Assembly: GCF_009834535.1 (NCBI RefSeq)
Contig: NC_045697.1
Coordinates: 105,774,001-105,838,000 of the forward strand
Length of the DNA: 64,000 bases
From: Camelus ferus
Taxonomy: Eukaryota
Reading direction: 5' to 3'
Shown: positions 49,758 through 63,528 of the stretch, in pieces
Layout: each line of letters begins with the position of its first letter
How positions within the stretch are numbered: position 1 is the first letter of the stretch
Position numbers and translations under genes: made by a program
The notes under the pieces: model-generated
What the model saw: only the letters and a program-made list of their open reading frames with translations
What the model was told of the DNA's origin: nothing
Database searches by the model: none

Positions 49758-50781
49758 CCCATGTAAAATCCACCTGAAGCCCCTTGTTCAAAGACAGCAA
49801 AACAAAGAAGCAAATAAAAATTCCATTAAAGATTCTAAAATATAAAGCTTTTTCCTTTTTGCGACAGAATCCCTCTGAACTTGCCATGATGCTTTTTATT
49901 TGCTATTTAAAGTCATTCTATGTAAAGAAAAAATTAACATTTAAATTATTAGTATGAACATTACTGTTCATCTTTCTATCGTATAATGCCAGTTTTAAAG
50001 GCAAATATAAGAACATTGAACTCATATGTATAATCACTAAAATTACACGATTCCTACTTTGTGGCTCCTGTGGGTAAATTTACTTTATACTTAGCGCATT
50101 AGAAACGCTGCGCAGAACTAACTTGGCTATCTTTTTTCTCACTTCGTGATACATACACATTCTTCCAAGACTTTCTGCTTTTGGGTTATTCATGAGTAAG
50201 GAAGGACTGAAAAGGAAACGGAAACGGGCCTATCAGTTACTTTATCTTTCCTTTTCCCGCTCTGCCATCATTTTCAGCCTAAATGGTTGGCTAATACAGG
50301 GAAGCAATACAGCAAGAAAAGATAATGATAAACTTCCTTGGCTGTTTGTGTTTCCTGGAATGCCACTGCCTTCTTCCGCATTTAAAACAAATTCTGGTTC
50401 CATCAGAAAGCATGGATTGTCTGACCTGTCAGCTTACTCAGTGAGGACAGTACGTGCTTACCTTGTCATTGCTTTGAGTCTTGGGGAACTCCTGCATACT
50501 GTGAGTCCATGAGTCCACCAGCATTCTGTGTTCATGGGCCACCACACACTAAGTGTGACTGGGGTGGCAAGGAATAGCCAACCCACATAGGACATCTATC
50601 TCCTTTGCTCACAGTCATGCGACATTGTTCTATCAGATGGCACTTTCCAACACAAGTTCAAAGACAAAATTAGTAAGAATTTCAAGACCATGACCACAGA
50701 GCATAAAACCAAGCACAAAGTCATTCTGACCATTAGGCCCTGTGTGTCAGCCCAGATCGTATGCTCATGAAGCCAGCTCCA
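49758..50781 (-). mobile_element. hAT-Tip100 DNA transposon (MER45B-like, ~1 kb)
   Basis: Reverse strand begins ggagctggcttcatgagc...cacagggcc...gcttggttttatgctctgtggtcatggtcttgaaattctta; other end gccccttgttcaaa. Confidence 0.75.
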
Positions 50782-50914
50782 GTTCCAGTCTTTTCAAATG
50801 ACTTCTTGATCTTCACAGTGAAAAAAAAAATTAGGAAATTAGGGGCTGTTTTGTCTCATGATAGACTCTGCTGCCAGAAAACTTCATCTCTCCTCAAAGT
50901 TACCACCTCTGTGT

Positions 50915-51992
50915 TAGTGATGGATGCCCACTTACCTGTACCTTCAGCCTCTCTTGTCCTTCTGGGTTTCAGAACCGTGTATCAAGCTGCCCACTTGATA
51001 TCTCCACTTGGATGTCTCAAAGGAACATCAGGCTCAAAGTGGCTCAAACAAAATGCATACATTTTCTTTTCACTGCCCCTCTTCCTTCGGTCTCACTCCC
51101 AGCACCTCTAGGTTTTCTCCTCTTCCAGTGCCATGGGCTTCAATGAAAGAGATCACCATCCAATCAATTACTCAAGTCAGAATTCAGGAGGTCATCCCTG
51201 GACCTCCTTCTTCTTAACTTCAGTGCTGATTCATCATAATTTCTGGTCAGTTTTATCTCCTGAATGTCTTCCTCTGTCTTTCCTTTTCTCTCTCTTCATT
51301 GCCACTGCCTCTGTTAGGACAATAACCTCCTCATGGTGCTTGTGGGAATCACTCTTGCCACAGCAGATCTGTTTCTCATGCTGCATCCAGAATATTTGTT
51401 TGTTTAAATACAAATCTGATTTTCCTACCTGCTTGAGGCTCTTCATTTCTCTTAGTATAGAAAGAAAAAAATTTAATGTGCCACACATGGCCATTTGCAG
51501 ACTGGCCCCCAACTACATCTTTATTATATTCCAGCTCCATGTGTTTGCATTCAGTATTTCAGGAACACCAACCTTTTAAAGATCCTTAAATACTCCCTGC
51601 GTCCCAGCCCAGCTTCTAGGGTTTTTAAACATGTTTTCCTCTTGTCTTGGAATGCTCTTCCCTCCAGCATGCACATTTAAATCTTACTCTTCCTTTACAT
51701 CTGAACTCAATCTTAAATTTCATAGTATAGAATTCTCTGACCCCCGATGGAGTCATTCTTTCTGCTCTATAATACCATCAATGTCACGTGTATAGTACTT
51801 TTACATATGAACATGTGTAATAATTTATAATACAGCTTATGTAATGTGTTTTTGATCAAAATCTATCTCCTTCCCAAATGAGTAGGCTCCATCAAGTCAG
51901 AGAGTATGTCTGGCTCACTCAGCTCAGGTTCTGACTTGGTACCTGACTTGTAGAAGAGACTCCATAAATATTTGTCACATCAACGAATGAAC
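50915..51992 (+). mobile_element. L2 LINE 3' portion
   Basis: acttgatatctccacttggatgtctcaaagg...cttggaatgctcttccc...ctccataaatatttg...aacgaatgaa. Confidence 0.85.
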
Positions 51993-51994
51993 AC

Positions 51995-52190
51995 TTCCTT
52001 TGTTCCAGGCATGATGCCTGGCACTTTACATGTTTTATCTCATTTAATCCTCAAATAATCATATGAGGCAGATTCTATTATCATCTCAGTTTTATGGAAT
52101 TTGAGACTTTTATAGCTTAAATTGTCTGTATAAGGTCACATAGACTGTAAGTAGCAGGATCAGGATTTGAATGCAGGTAGTTTACTCTCT
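51995..52190 (-). mobile_element. MIR SINE
   Basis: gcactttacatgttttatctcatttaatcctca...aaggtcacatagactgtaagtagcaggatcaggatttgaa. Confidence 0.8.
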
Positions 52191-52217
52191 CTTTAATTCT
52201 AGTAAAGGAGACAATTT

Positions 52218-52376
52218 TTAAAATAGGAGCATGTATTATTTTTTTTTTAATTTGGGGGGGGTAATTTGATTTATTTAATTAATTAATTTATTTTTTAAAT
52301 GGAGGTACTTGGGGATGGGATCCAGGACCTTGTGCATGCTAAGCATGTGCTCTTCCACTAAGCAATACTCTCCCTC
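52218..52376 (-). mobile_element. Camelid tRNA-derived SINE (Vic-1 type) with TSD
   Basis: Antisense tggaggtact...caggaccttgtgcatgctaagcatgtgctcttccactaagc; TSD taaaggagacaa(t/c)tt at 52203-52217 and 52377-52391. Confidence 0.88.
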
Positions 52377-53629
52377 TAAAGGAGACAACTTAAAACTAGA
52401 TTGGAGAGGGGTGAGGAAAACAAGGAGTTGAAATCTGAACCAGCATTGATGGAGTGAACCACATATGACTTATTAAAATCACTGTTCAAATAGTAAAGAA
52501 ATACATAGATGATTCCAGTATTCATGGTCCACCCTTTCTACCAACATTCTGTGACTCACTTAGGTAGGACTGACAGACGAAGGAGTGTCTGTAAAGCTCT
52601 GAAACAGACTTTTTCTTTCTCTGCCCTGCCATTCACTCCTCCTTTTCTGAGCCTTTGATAAAATGTGACCCAACCAGATCTGCCCTCAGCCTTTTCATGT
52701 TTCCTGCTTAATAGACCCACTGCTCAGAGGTCTAAGTATCTGTCAACAGTTGCTCTAGAATTAGGCTTCAAATTACAAAGTTTTCATCAACCAAAGTCCT
52801 CCAGCTGTAGCTATTTCTCCAACTGAACAAATGCTGAGCCTGGAAGAGGACAGCTTTCCTCCAGAGCCCGCCCTGCCAAATATGTCTGGCAGAGCTGCCT
52901 GGGAATATCTTCTCGGTCTGCACAGAAGTGATGGGAGTGATTTCAAATATCCTCCTAACTTTTTGCAAGGAGAATGAAATTTCTCTGCTGAGTGCCACCT
53001 CCACAGGGCTTCCTGCACCACATAAATAGCTAAAATGCCATTATTTTCCAGGCACCTCCCAGGTTTCACTACTCAGCGATTCCTTTGTCAGTAGCAGGGC
53101 AGTTTAGGTGGTCACTCATAGCCTTACCTGAGGTTGGTCCCTTAACCGTTTCATGACTATCTTTAGTGTATGTTTGGCGGTGGGGGTGGTGGGGGCCTGT
53201 GAATTCAGCAATGGTCTAAAAAATAATTTTCTTTGACTCTTTAAAATATTGATTGCTGTCCTCCCTTCCCCCTTCCCTAAATAATTAATGATTGTCCATA
53301 TCACCTGGTTTGCCCAGTCACTGCAAAAATCTTACAATCTGGAAGGTTAATGACAAAATACAGAATAGTGTATGAAAGCTTTCTTTTGAGAATGGGTGTG
53401 GAAAAGAAAGACGGATGGAAAAAAAAAAAGAGGTTTAGGAATAAGTGAGGTAATAAGTTTGGCCGCAGTGGATATGCACATACATCTAGTTACTTACAAA
53501 ATACATGGTTTTAATCTCAGAGGCAATAGAATCCTCATGAGTGGGGTTGGGAGAGGGTGGTGACCCCAGTAGTTAAATATCTTGTTAGCAGATTGAACTG
53601 GCTGAAAGAGAACTTAGAGGTTGGAAAGC

Positions 53630-53635
<6 letters not shown>

Positions 53636-53669
<34 letters not shown>
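53636..53669. repeat. (AC)17 microsatellite
   Basis: Direct read. Confidence 0.97.
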
Positions 53670-53672
<3 letters not shown>

Positions 53673-55832
53673 TACAAAACATGTGGCAGGAGCTAATTGA
53701 GGCAGAGATGAGTGCAATATTCTTTTATATAAAAGCCCAGTAAATATTTTTCTTTTTGGAAATTTGAGATGTGGCAAGGCATGTACTGCTTTGACACTTA
53801 CCCCTTTCAGCACTGGTAATGCCATTTGTAGTCTATGAAACTGATAAATGGTTTCTGATCTGTCCTTTCAGTGCTGGCATTAACATATAGGGAAATAGTC
53901 AAGGCAAAACAAAAACACAAAGGAGCTACTGTAAAAAATATTGTATTATTTGGATTCAGTCACCACCAATCTTGCCAAATCCCGACAGATTTCCATTGTC
54001 CTGCGTAGCAAGAATAAAGGAAAATACAGAGGTAGATGCCAAATTGTTTTAAGTTGAATGTTTTCCAAATTTTTTTTCTTGAGATGTCAGTAGTTCTTTA
54101 GAACACAGTTAAGGATTTTGTAATATTTTTATTTTCTCCATATGTACTTAAGAACTATATATTTTAGACTCTGCCTTAGTTCTTTCAGTCATTAATCTCC
54201 AGGAACTAATTTCATTTGTGGATATGCTGAAACCCCAAAGAATGGAAAAGAACAAACATTGGTGTGAAAACGATGCTTTAAATGCGTGGTTGCCAAACAG
54301 GAAAAGCTGTTGGTTTTTTCCTATATTTAATCAATTGGCTTGCCTAATCCATTTGACTGTGGAAGGTTGGCCTGACATGACTTCAGATTAGTTTAATGGG
54401 GATTAAGGTGGCATGAAGTGTGTAACACTATGCATTTGCAAGTACAAACATGCTTGGGAATTCATTTGTCTTTGAGGGGAGGCTGGTTCAAACTCCAGCT
54501 ATATTTACAAACAGTGTCTTGCCACAGCCGAGCAGTTTGGAGCTGGGGAAAGTAACTGTGTCTGCCTTTCCTTAAACCCACAGGGCCTTTGATTCCTGCC
54601 CAAATAAAGCTGGCCTTTGGCATTCAGCTCCCTTAGCTGGCAAGGTATCTGCATAATGTTTGCAGAATTTAGAATGGCCAGGAGGAGCAGGTCAAAGACA
54701 GCCAAAATTATGATATCACACTCATAAAACCTCATCAATGGTGACATACAGAAAACACTCAGTGAATTGCTTTCATTAATTTATCCTTATTAAGAAACCT
54801 GAAGCAGTCCTTTATTTTTTGGCCGGTTTCAGGTTCTGTCATTTCCCCTTCCTTCCTGCATCATTCCTTAAAAAGAACAGCGTCCCATGGGTACTGATTG
54901 ATAGTAGCTGAAGAAATACAGCTGGGGGAAGTCTAGGATACTCAGACAGCCCTGGAGGAATGTTTTATAAATGTTTTATTTTCCTTTGGGAAAGCCAAAA
55001 TTTTTCCAGAATCTTCTGGGAATAGGTTAGGATGAGAGCTGTTCTTGCAGTGAAAAGAAAGGAAACCTGATTCCAGAGAATTCTGTGTCTCTTCTCTAGG
55101 GACAAGGACAGGTGCTCTGACATATCACCTGCACTAGACCCTATCCTGGTCCCTGGGTGGCAGTGCTCAGACTCTTTTCTAAAGAGCAGATGAGAATGGT
55201 TGTCAAGATGTCAGGAAAGACGTGGATTTGGGAGGAGGGGGGTGGTATGCAGTTGAACGCAGGCCTAGTTTTTCTTCAGGTCACACAGGTTTCTAAAGCT
55301 GAAATCTGGCTAGTCTACAAAAACGACATCAGGAGGAACTGAGGGAAGGGAAGAAGAACCAATGGGAACCACTTCCTAGTAACCGGCTGACCCTGTTGGG
55401 AGTTTAGAATGTCATCCACGTTGGGGGTGGACATTCAGAAGACTCAGATGTCTTGTCTGTTTGTCTGATGTGGGGCCTGGGAATCTTGGCCTGAAAGTCT
55501 AGACTCATGGAGCAGAATTTATAAGCCTTCTCTCTGCCATGTAGCGGAAAATTTTTGCATATAGTTACATAGTAAGAGAGAGGAGTGCAAGAAAGCCGAG
55601 ACCAAGAGAAACAGAAATGAGGAAAGAAGAGTAATCAGGGTGTTTAAGATTGGAAGTAATAGAGAAAATGTTTTGAATACAAAACAGAGGAGCAAGGATA
55701 TTACATTGTTTCCCAAGCAAATTTCAAAACAACGAAGACATAATTTATGTACTAACTGGTGAATCTTTGTGTTTCTTTTTTTTTTTTTGTGCGCTTTCTC
55801 CTTATTGTGCTAAATTTCATTTCTCAGATTGT

Positions 55833-56070
55833 GTAAATGAGAAGTTTGGGATTAACAGATACATAATATTATATATAAAATAGATAAACAACAAGGACCT
55901 ACTGTATAGCACAGGGAACTGTATTCAATAGCTTATAATAACATATAATAGAAAAGAATCTGAAAAGAAAACATAGATAGGTACATATAGGTATAACTGA
56001 ATCGCTTTGCTGTACACCTGAAACTGACATTGTAAATCAACTACACTTCAAAAAAAAATTTAAAAAATAC
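55833..56070 (+). mobile_element. 5'-truncated L1 3' end with TSD
   Basis: aacaacaaggacctactgtatagcacagggaactgtattcaata...tgctgtacacctgaaact; 19-bp TSD atttcatttct(c/t)agattgt at 55814-55832 and 56071-56089. Confidence 0.92.
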
Positions 56071-56594
56071 ATTTCATTTCTTAGATTGTACACTCTGAAA
56101 ATCTAAGCTCTTAAATATATTTTAATTCCTTTAAGTATAATAGGAACCAACTGAACTATGGGGCATTTTGAATAGTTGAAAAGTATTCTTTTAATATAAC
56201 CTTGCTAGCTACTGGCATTCTTGAGGACATCCATGTTGAATAAGCTTGTCAGATGGACCCTTGTCAATGATGACCATCGATGTATGATGTGGAACTCCAT
56301 GCCCTGAGAGGCAAGTGGGCAGGGAACCTTGATGACAGAAGCACTCAAGTGTATATGTTATCCACTCCAAAGAGAGGTGAGAAAACCAAAGGCTCCAAAG
56401 CATGACTCAAGAAAGAAAATCAACTCTGAAGATGTTTCTGGCATGACTGTATGAAGACTTAAACACATCCATTGCCAATTCCATCTAGGTAAAGAGTCAT
56501 GATATTCAGTAACAGGAGGTAAAGCCAAGAGACGAAGAAGGGGCACAGCTATTTAAAGCAAAACAATGCAAACAAACAAATACAAGTCATTTAG

Positions 56595-56732
56595 AGAAAG
56601 GCATCCTGGTGAAAGAACTTGACTGGGAGTCTGGGGACTTAAAGTCTAGTGCAAACTCCAGTGCTGACCAGCTGGAGAGGAAAGGACTAGCTGACCTTTA
56701 GGTTTCTTTTTAACTCTGCATTGTTATGATTC
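56595..56732 (+). mobile_element. MIR/MIR3 fragment
   Basis: ggtgaaagaacttgactgggagtctgggga...gacctttaggtttcttttaactctgcattgttatgattc. Confidence 0.5.
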
Positions 56733-59700
56733 TTATTCATCTTTCTAAGAAATACAGTTGAATTTCAAAAGCACTGAGCAGCAGTAAAGACTGAGTGAAT
56801 CCGATTTCTTGAAGTGACAGAAAAGAAAAGACCTGTAATTCTGTAGAAAGGATTATTTGGGCTCTATTTTGTGTCTTCTGCTTTTATTTTATTATTTTAA
56901 AAACTAAACTTGGTGGTTTATGATATTTGGGAAGTTCAAATGTAAAATTATTATGCTCCTTAGGTGTTTTTTTTTTTCCCCCAAGGATGAACGATGAATC
57001 CACTTCCTGGTGCCAGCCCATATTATTTCTTCACTCTGGCCAGTTAGATCTGGTGTCAGGTCAGTGGAAGAGATACGATCTAATTTAGTTCACATGTTGA
57101 GATTTTCTGCTTATGGTCTCTTCCTTAAGCAAACACATGGAAACCCATGCAAGCCTGTGAGAGCTACTGTAACAATACTTTTGGTTTTAGTATTTCTATC
57201 TTCCTCCCTGGTGGTGGGGAAAAATAAACTGGAGAACCCTGAGTCAAAGGTCCTCAGATTACAACTAATAGTTTATTCTAGTTAACAGTTTAAGCACATT
57301 TAAGTAAAATGAAAGGAAATGAAAATGAATTACAGGCTAAAAGCTAGCTTTTGGCTTTCAGGAGCCTCTGGGCTGCTGGTTTCAGGCAGCACTGAAACAG
57401 AAACACTGGAAGACATAATAAACATGAACCAGCGCCCAGCTGCAATTCCTGCCTCTCAGAAGGAACGTAAAATGGTCCGGCTCTTGTTACTGTAAATATG
57501 CATAAGGCAACAACCACAAAACACCTCACCTTCCATCTCTTTGGACAGTTCTGGGTGTTGATTGAACAGAGAAATTTACTAAAAGTACAGTTTCTCACCA
57601 CTGGCGATAGAGAAATGTAAAAATAAAAACAATGTGCTTGAACGCATGTGTGTGGGTGTGTTTGTGTGCATCTCACACTTGTATGGGAGAGGCGAGGAGC
57701 TATTCACACTTAGCGTCTCTTGGTGTGCATCAGGAGACTAACATCTGACCCTTCTGAAATTTTTCAAGGGCTCCCTTCGCCAGAAGAAGCAAATTCAACA
57801 TCCATTGTTATTTTGGCTCTGGTTATCTTTATGTGCAGTTTCTCCAATCAGTGTGATCTGTCTAATAAAGCTTCTCCCAACTCCAAATGAATTGTTCTCA
57901 GAGGTCTTTCTCTATGGACTGCCCAAAATCTCCATCTGTATTTAGGTACCATTCCTGTGATACTGATTGGATGTACCATCTGAAAATGGCAGAGCCTGTC
58001 ATTTTGTCCTATGTATTTGGCTTTTCAATCCAGGATTTCTCCCATTTTTTTTTTTTTCTTTCAATTTGGATCCAGAAGAGGAGAGGGAGCTGGCCGTGCT
58101 TGTAAACCACTGTGTCAAGTCCCAGACTCCCAGATGGATATGCCAGTGCCTGGAGGAGAACTCATTAGAGACCTAATCAAACAGGCTTCATTGACTCATA
58201 GGCTTCTGCATATTGGCTGGTGGTGTTCCCCACCCCCCAGCTCTTGTATTATTTCCTTGGCACCTTTAGTACGATGTTGAAGATCATCTGAGACTGAGAC
58301 AGAATGATGCGTGATGTGAGGAAATTGGAACCAAATGTCTTCACTGTACTGGCACATGTACCACACATTTCTAAAACTGAAACTGTCTTATCTGGACAGC
58401 CCTGCTTTGTAGGTCAGAGCATATTCCTTTAGCCCTTGAGCCCATCCTTCCTTCCTTCCAAAGCAAGACTGTCTAAGGAACTTAAAGGACTTATCTTAAC
58501 AGCTGTATTCATTCTGATCAGTTTGAGTATCTTGATGGTAGCTTTCACCAAGAACAGCCATGCACCTAGAGGTAGAGCACTGGATTCTTTAGAACAGACA
58601 ATAGGCAAATGAGAGAATAAGATATGTTCTGTTTGAGGTATTCTTAAAAAACTAAACAACACAAAACAAAGCAAACATGCCCCAAAGGTTATAATTCCAC
58701 TCTCTTTTGCTCTCCTGTGCACGACTTTCCTGGCTTTGGAAACTTGAGTCTCATCCCTATCTTTTTCAGAAATGTATCATAAAGCTTGATTTAGATAAGG
58801 TGATGGGAGGGTGGATGTAGTGGCATAAGAAAGTCTGAACAGTCAGCGCTGGTGGGCTGGAAAGTTAAATTACATGAGAGTGTCAGCCACTCTGCTGAGT
58901 TTTGTAGGAAACGAGTAATTAGAAACTAGAAGCAGAAAATATTTCTATGTAGACAAACTTTGGGCTCTGTTCCCTGATTCACACTGCAAAAGCAAAGGGA
59001 ACCTGATAGCTTGTAAGACTGAATAACCTGGAGATCCTTCTAATTTCTGACTTTAAACAGATTAATAAAAACATTTGTTTTTAAATGAGGAAAGCAGGCT
59101 GTGCTTGTGCAAATGACATCTGAGAGGCTGAATATTAAAGAAACTAAGAGGTTGAAGGGTGGCTGGAAGTGGTGACTGGAAGGAAGATACATGTTAACAA
59201 AGAAAAGCCCGTATATACACAAAATTATTTGGGTCTCTTCCTGGGTTGCCAAATTACAGACCCAAAAGGGGCTCAGAGAGCAACCAAGGTGACTCCTCTT
59301 CCATGGGGTAACCTGAATTTCTGTACGTGCAGAGGTGGGTCAGAGGCAGCTGTGAGCTGGAATCCTGGGAAACTTCATTACTGAATTGGCTGGATTGGCA
59401 TCATGGGAATTTGCCCATCCCATGAGAGACAATTTGTTAAATCCCATTCATGTGTCCAAATGCATGATTAGGGACTTGTAGTAACCACCCATGTTCACAC
59501 ATCTATCATTTAGACACAAAACAAAATACAAAACACCAAATGTCTCTAGAGTTGAGCCAGATCCTTCTTATCTTTGAACAATCAAAACTTATAAAAGCCT
59601 CAGGGAACTGAAATGATTTATGAATGTTCAACGTTGCTAAACTTTTGACAATTGTTCTCGCTAAAACAAAACTGTCTACATTATCTTGTATTACCATACT

Positions 59701-60654
59701 GATTGTGACAAAAAAAAAAATATTTGTTTCCAAAAAAAGAATGTTGTTTTCTTGTTATTTTTTCCCCTTCTATTTAGGCATTGCACTAAAAAAAACCAAA
59801 AATAAAACAAAACAAATAAACAACAACTAAAAAACTTTTTTGGTTTTTTTCCTCTGAAAGCTGTTCTAAGTAAGAGCATCTGAGAGAAACAGAAGCCTTC
59901 TCAATACAGTGTTAGTAAAATCTCAGTCCTGGTCGGGGCAGCAAACATTATCTTGTTACCAGGCTGATCAAAGACATTCATAATCTCTTGAACTACCAGG
60001 GAAAATTGTAGGCTCTAGAATATGTCGATTCAGGCCTGATGAAAAGAACAGTTTGCTTAAAAAGCTGAGACAAATATTACTCTGTTGTGGAAGCTCCAGG
60101 GTCCTGCTACCTTTTCTTTTTCTGCCATGGACGTGTTCATACAGCAATTAGCAGAATATCACTGATGGTTTTGCCCATGGAGAACAAATAGCTAGCCTAG
60201 ATTAGCCTATCTGTTATTTTCTAAAGGGTAAATCTGTGGCTTCTAAAGTGTTTTATTTGCCTCTTTTAATAATGTGACTTCTGAAGAATGTTCAGCTGTC
60301 AGGTTTTTCCCCTGGATATAGAGCCTGGGAGAGAAGAGTGTAGCCACAATGAACTGCAATGAGAAAGAATCATGATTTATAGTCTCTTTACTCACGTCTA
60401 AGGTAAATTGAAAAGGTATGAGATGTGCAAGTCCAAAAACATGACTGATCCATTGTGGCGAAAGAAAGAATTTTTTTCCCTCCTCAGCATTAATTGTATG
60501 ATCTGGGTGTTTCATTCTTTGTGCAACATTGAGGCCCTTGATTAAGAGATAATTACGTTTCATTAATGTCTGATGAGCATCTTGTCAGCCTTAGAAGACA
60601 GAATGGAAATATCTGGAAGATTTCAGTTACAGTAGTCAGTGTCTTTAGGCATTA

Positions 60655-60830
60655 TTGCCCAGTGATGGTAGGATTATAAATTGGTGCAAGCATTTTGAAA
60701 ACAGCTTGGCTATATGCTGTAGCAATCTTTAAGCCATATCCCTTGAGCTAACCATTTCTCTTCTTAGAATATAATGTAAGGGAAAAGTACCAGATATAGA
60801 ATAAATAGATCAATTTATTGATTTTTATGT
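60655..60830 (+). mobile_element. Old L1 ORF2 3' fragment
   Basis: tataaattggtgcaagcattttgaaaacagcttggc...catatcccttgagctaaccatttctcttcttagaatata. Confidence 0.65.
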
Positions 60831-61539
60831 AACCTGAGGCCCCCCAGGTCCTCCAACTATCTGGGATTATTTTTTGCTTTTAATATCCAAGTAAATAAGC
60901 CATCCATTATTAACTTCAGAAAATCCAATGGGTTTCTAAAATGTCTAAGAGTAGGAGGTGGGAGGGGCCAGGAGAGACTTAGCTGACCTTGGTTTTGTTA
61001 CGACTTCTCCAAACTACTGTTCCAGGCCTTTACTGCATCCCTGTGGTGTCTCCTCTCTGCCTTTCTTTGTCACTCAAGTCTCACTGGTCCACTTTGTGCC
61101 ATTTCCATCATTCTCCCCAGCACCCCTGAGATAACTGAATGTTTGGGAATGATGGAAAAGACAGCACAGGGTAGGAAAGAACTTAAAAATGGCTCAGGGT
61201 CACTTTGTGGTGTTAAAGCTAGTTGGCATTCCCGGAGAGTCCTTCCCTGGCTGGCTCTCTCCTTGGGCTCTAGACTGTCATCCTGTTGATGGCGCTGGTC
61301 TCTCCTTCCAAAGGAGCCTCCTTGCCATTTCCTGGTTTCTCTGAGTCCTGCCACCCCAGCCTCCTGTCGTCCCTCCCCTCCCCCTCCTCCCTCAGCCTCA
61401 ACTCCTTTCTCTGAGCACCACACAGAAGTGCTTCAGACCTGTTTTTTAATCTCAAAACCATTTTCCCTCAGAGGAAATGCACTTTTACTCTATTTTGCAG
61501 GGCAATGCTGTATGATTTTGACCAGGTAAAAATACTCAA

Positions 61540-61700
61540 ATAAGCAGAAGAAAATACACTAAAATATAAACAGCATCTATTCTAAGTTATGGGTGATTTA
61601 TGGCAGAGTTATGGGGGATTTTTTTTTCTTTTAAACATTTTTAGTGGTTTCCAGTTTGTCTGCAATAAGCATATACTACCTTTATGACTTAAAAAAAGTA
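61540..61700 (+). mobile_element. L1ME-type 3' end fragment
   Basis: gaaaatacactaaaatataaacagc...ttatgggggatttttttttc...tctgcaataagcatatactacctttat. Confidence 0.55.
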
Positions 61701-63279
61701 AATTTATGTAAAATTCTCAAGAATTTGGACTTTTAAACTTATATCTTCTTTTTTTTCCCTTTCTCCTGATACTGTTCATTGTGATGATGTTAGTCTGGGC
61801 AGCTTGACCCCAACTATAGTTGATGATCTGGGATGAATGGTGGAGCCAATAATCAAAGAACTCAGGTTAATAACTATTTAGCTTAATAGGAAAAAAAGAT
61901 GGAAAATCACATGTTCTCTGGGGACATTCCTTTTGAAAAGTCTCCAGAAAGAATATTAGCCAATTAACTACCAAGAAGTTGTCATCTATATACAATTTCT
62001 AAATTGCTAACCCAGCCCCAAGTTAGAAACCAAATGCAATAATCTCATAGACTGGCCATGTTCTTTTCATGATGATATAGGCAAACACTCAACTCTTCCA
62101 CTGCTTACTCATATATAAACTGGGATCCCTGAATTTATATGATTCCAGCCATCTATTGTGACTAAATTGTCCCTGATGTGACATTTCAGGCTTCTGTGCA
62201 AGCTATTCCACCAGGTTTATGGTGAAAAGCCCATCTGAGATCTGAGGATGAATCTACTGAGACTTGGGTAGCCTGTTTAGTCTTGTGAAATGCTTTTAAA
62301 CAGTTCTCATAGCCTCCATTAGATGTAGTTGCAAGCATGTTATTTTCACAGTTCAGCATCTTTCTTCGTAAGGTCAGGCATTGCAATCTGATGATATTCA
62401 CAACAAGTCATGTAATACCAAAATCAGTGATACAGGGAAGCCATTTATTTATTGCGCAGGTGTATGCGTGCACTGGGACATACCAGAGCACCAGAACTCT
62501 TTACAAGAGTAGGCGCCCTTCACAGGCAACTGCATTCTCCTTCGATTGGTCTTTCCTTGTGATATATTCTAATTGACCTGTCATTAGATAATAGATGTGT
62601 ACCATTTCCCCAATTATTCAAATGTCCTTAACAATAATGTAAAACATGAAATCCTTTTTCTTTTTCTTTTTTTTTCATTAAGAAAAAAAAGCTTTCCATC
62701 CAACTTGGGGTATCTGATTTGAAATGGTATGTCTTATCCCTCTCCTTTGGATTCCCAGGTCTGAGGAATAAGACAGTAACGAGTTTTTCTAGTAACACAA
62801 ATTTGACGGCCCACTTCAACTCACAGTTTGAGATGGCAACTTCCTTGCCTTCTGCATTCTGAGTTATACCTTATGTCTGACAGTCACAAAGACAAATAGT
62901 CTTTAGCTCTGGGGAGGCCATGATAAGGCTAACTTTAAGGGAAATTTATGTCATGAAGGTGGCAGGATTGTTTCAGGGAGGGAGTAATGTTTAAAATTGA
63001 ACACAGAAAAGAAGTGTATTACGAGATTTATTTTGCAAAAGTTTTTTTTGTTAAAAAAATTTTTTTGGTAGAAAATCTGATAACATAACTGAAGCGTTCC
63101 TCCATGACTCAATTTAATTTTTATCAAGAAGAAACTGTTTCTACAAGACCAAATATATGTACCAAAAATTTAAAACCCTATTTGACAAAACTAAAAAGAA
63201 AGGAATGATTGCCCAGTAGGCTTAATTTTGGTACATGTGATTGCTGGGTAGCTTCGTGACAATGAAAGGAGGTCCTCTT

Positions 63280-63528
63280 GGATAATGTTTAAGTGCCTAG
63301 ACTCTGGGGTTAGATGGCCTGCGTTCAAATCCAGATTCTACCACTAACTGGCTGTGTGACTTTGCATTTATTATTTCATCCCTTTAAGCATCAGTTTTCT
63401 TGGGAATAAACTGGGAATTAAGATTCTATTTACCTCATAATATTGTGAAGATTAAAGGAAAGATAATATGCATGGAATACTTAGAACAGTGCTTGGATTA
63501 TGGTAAATGTTCATTAACTGGAGGCTAG
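63280..63528 (+). mobile_element. Near full-length MIR SINE
   Basis: gactctggggttaga..gcctgcgttcaaatccag..tctaccact..ctggctgtgtgac...ttgtgaagattaaa...acttagaacagtgcttgg. Confidence 0.88.

Noticed and set aside
50192..51579. Cluster of 100-148 aa ORFs
   Set aside because: They lie within MER45B-like and L2 remnants; no recognisable intact protein.
62180..62600. Possible terminal coding exon (complex sequence, overlapping ORFs, AATAAA on minus strand)
   Set aside because: No recognisable peptide and weak splice signals.
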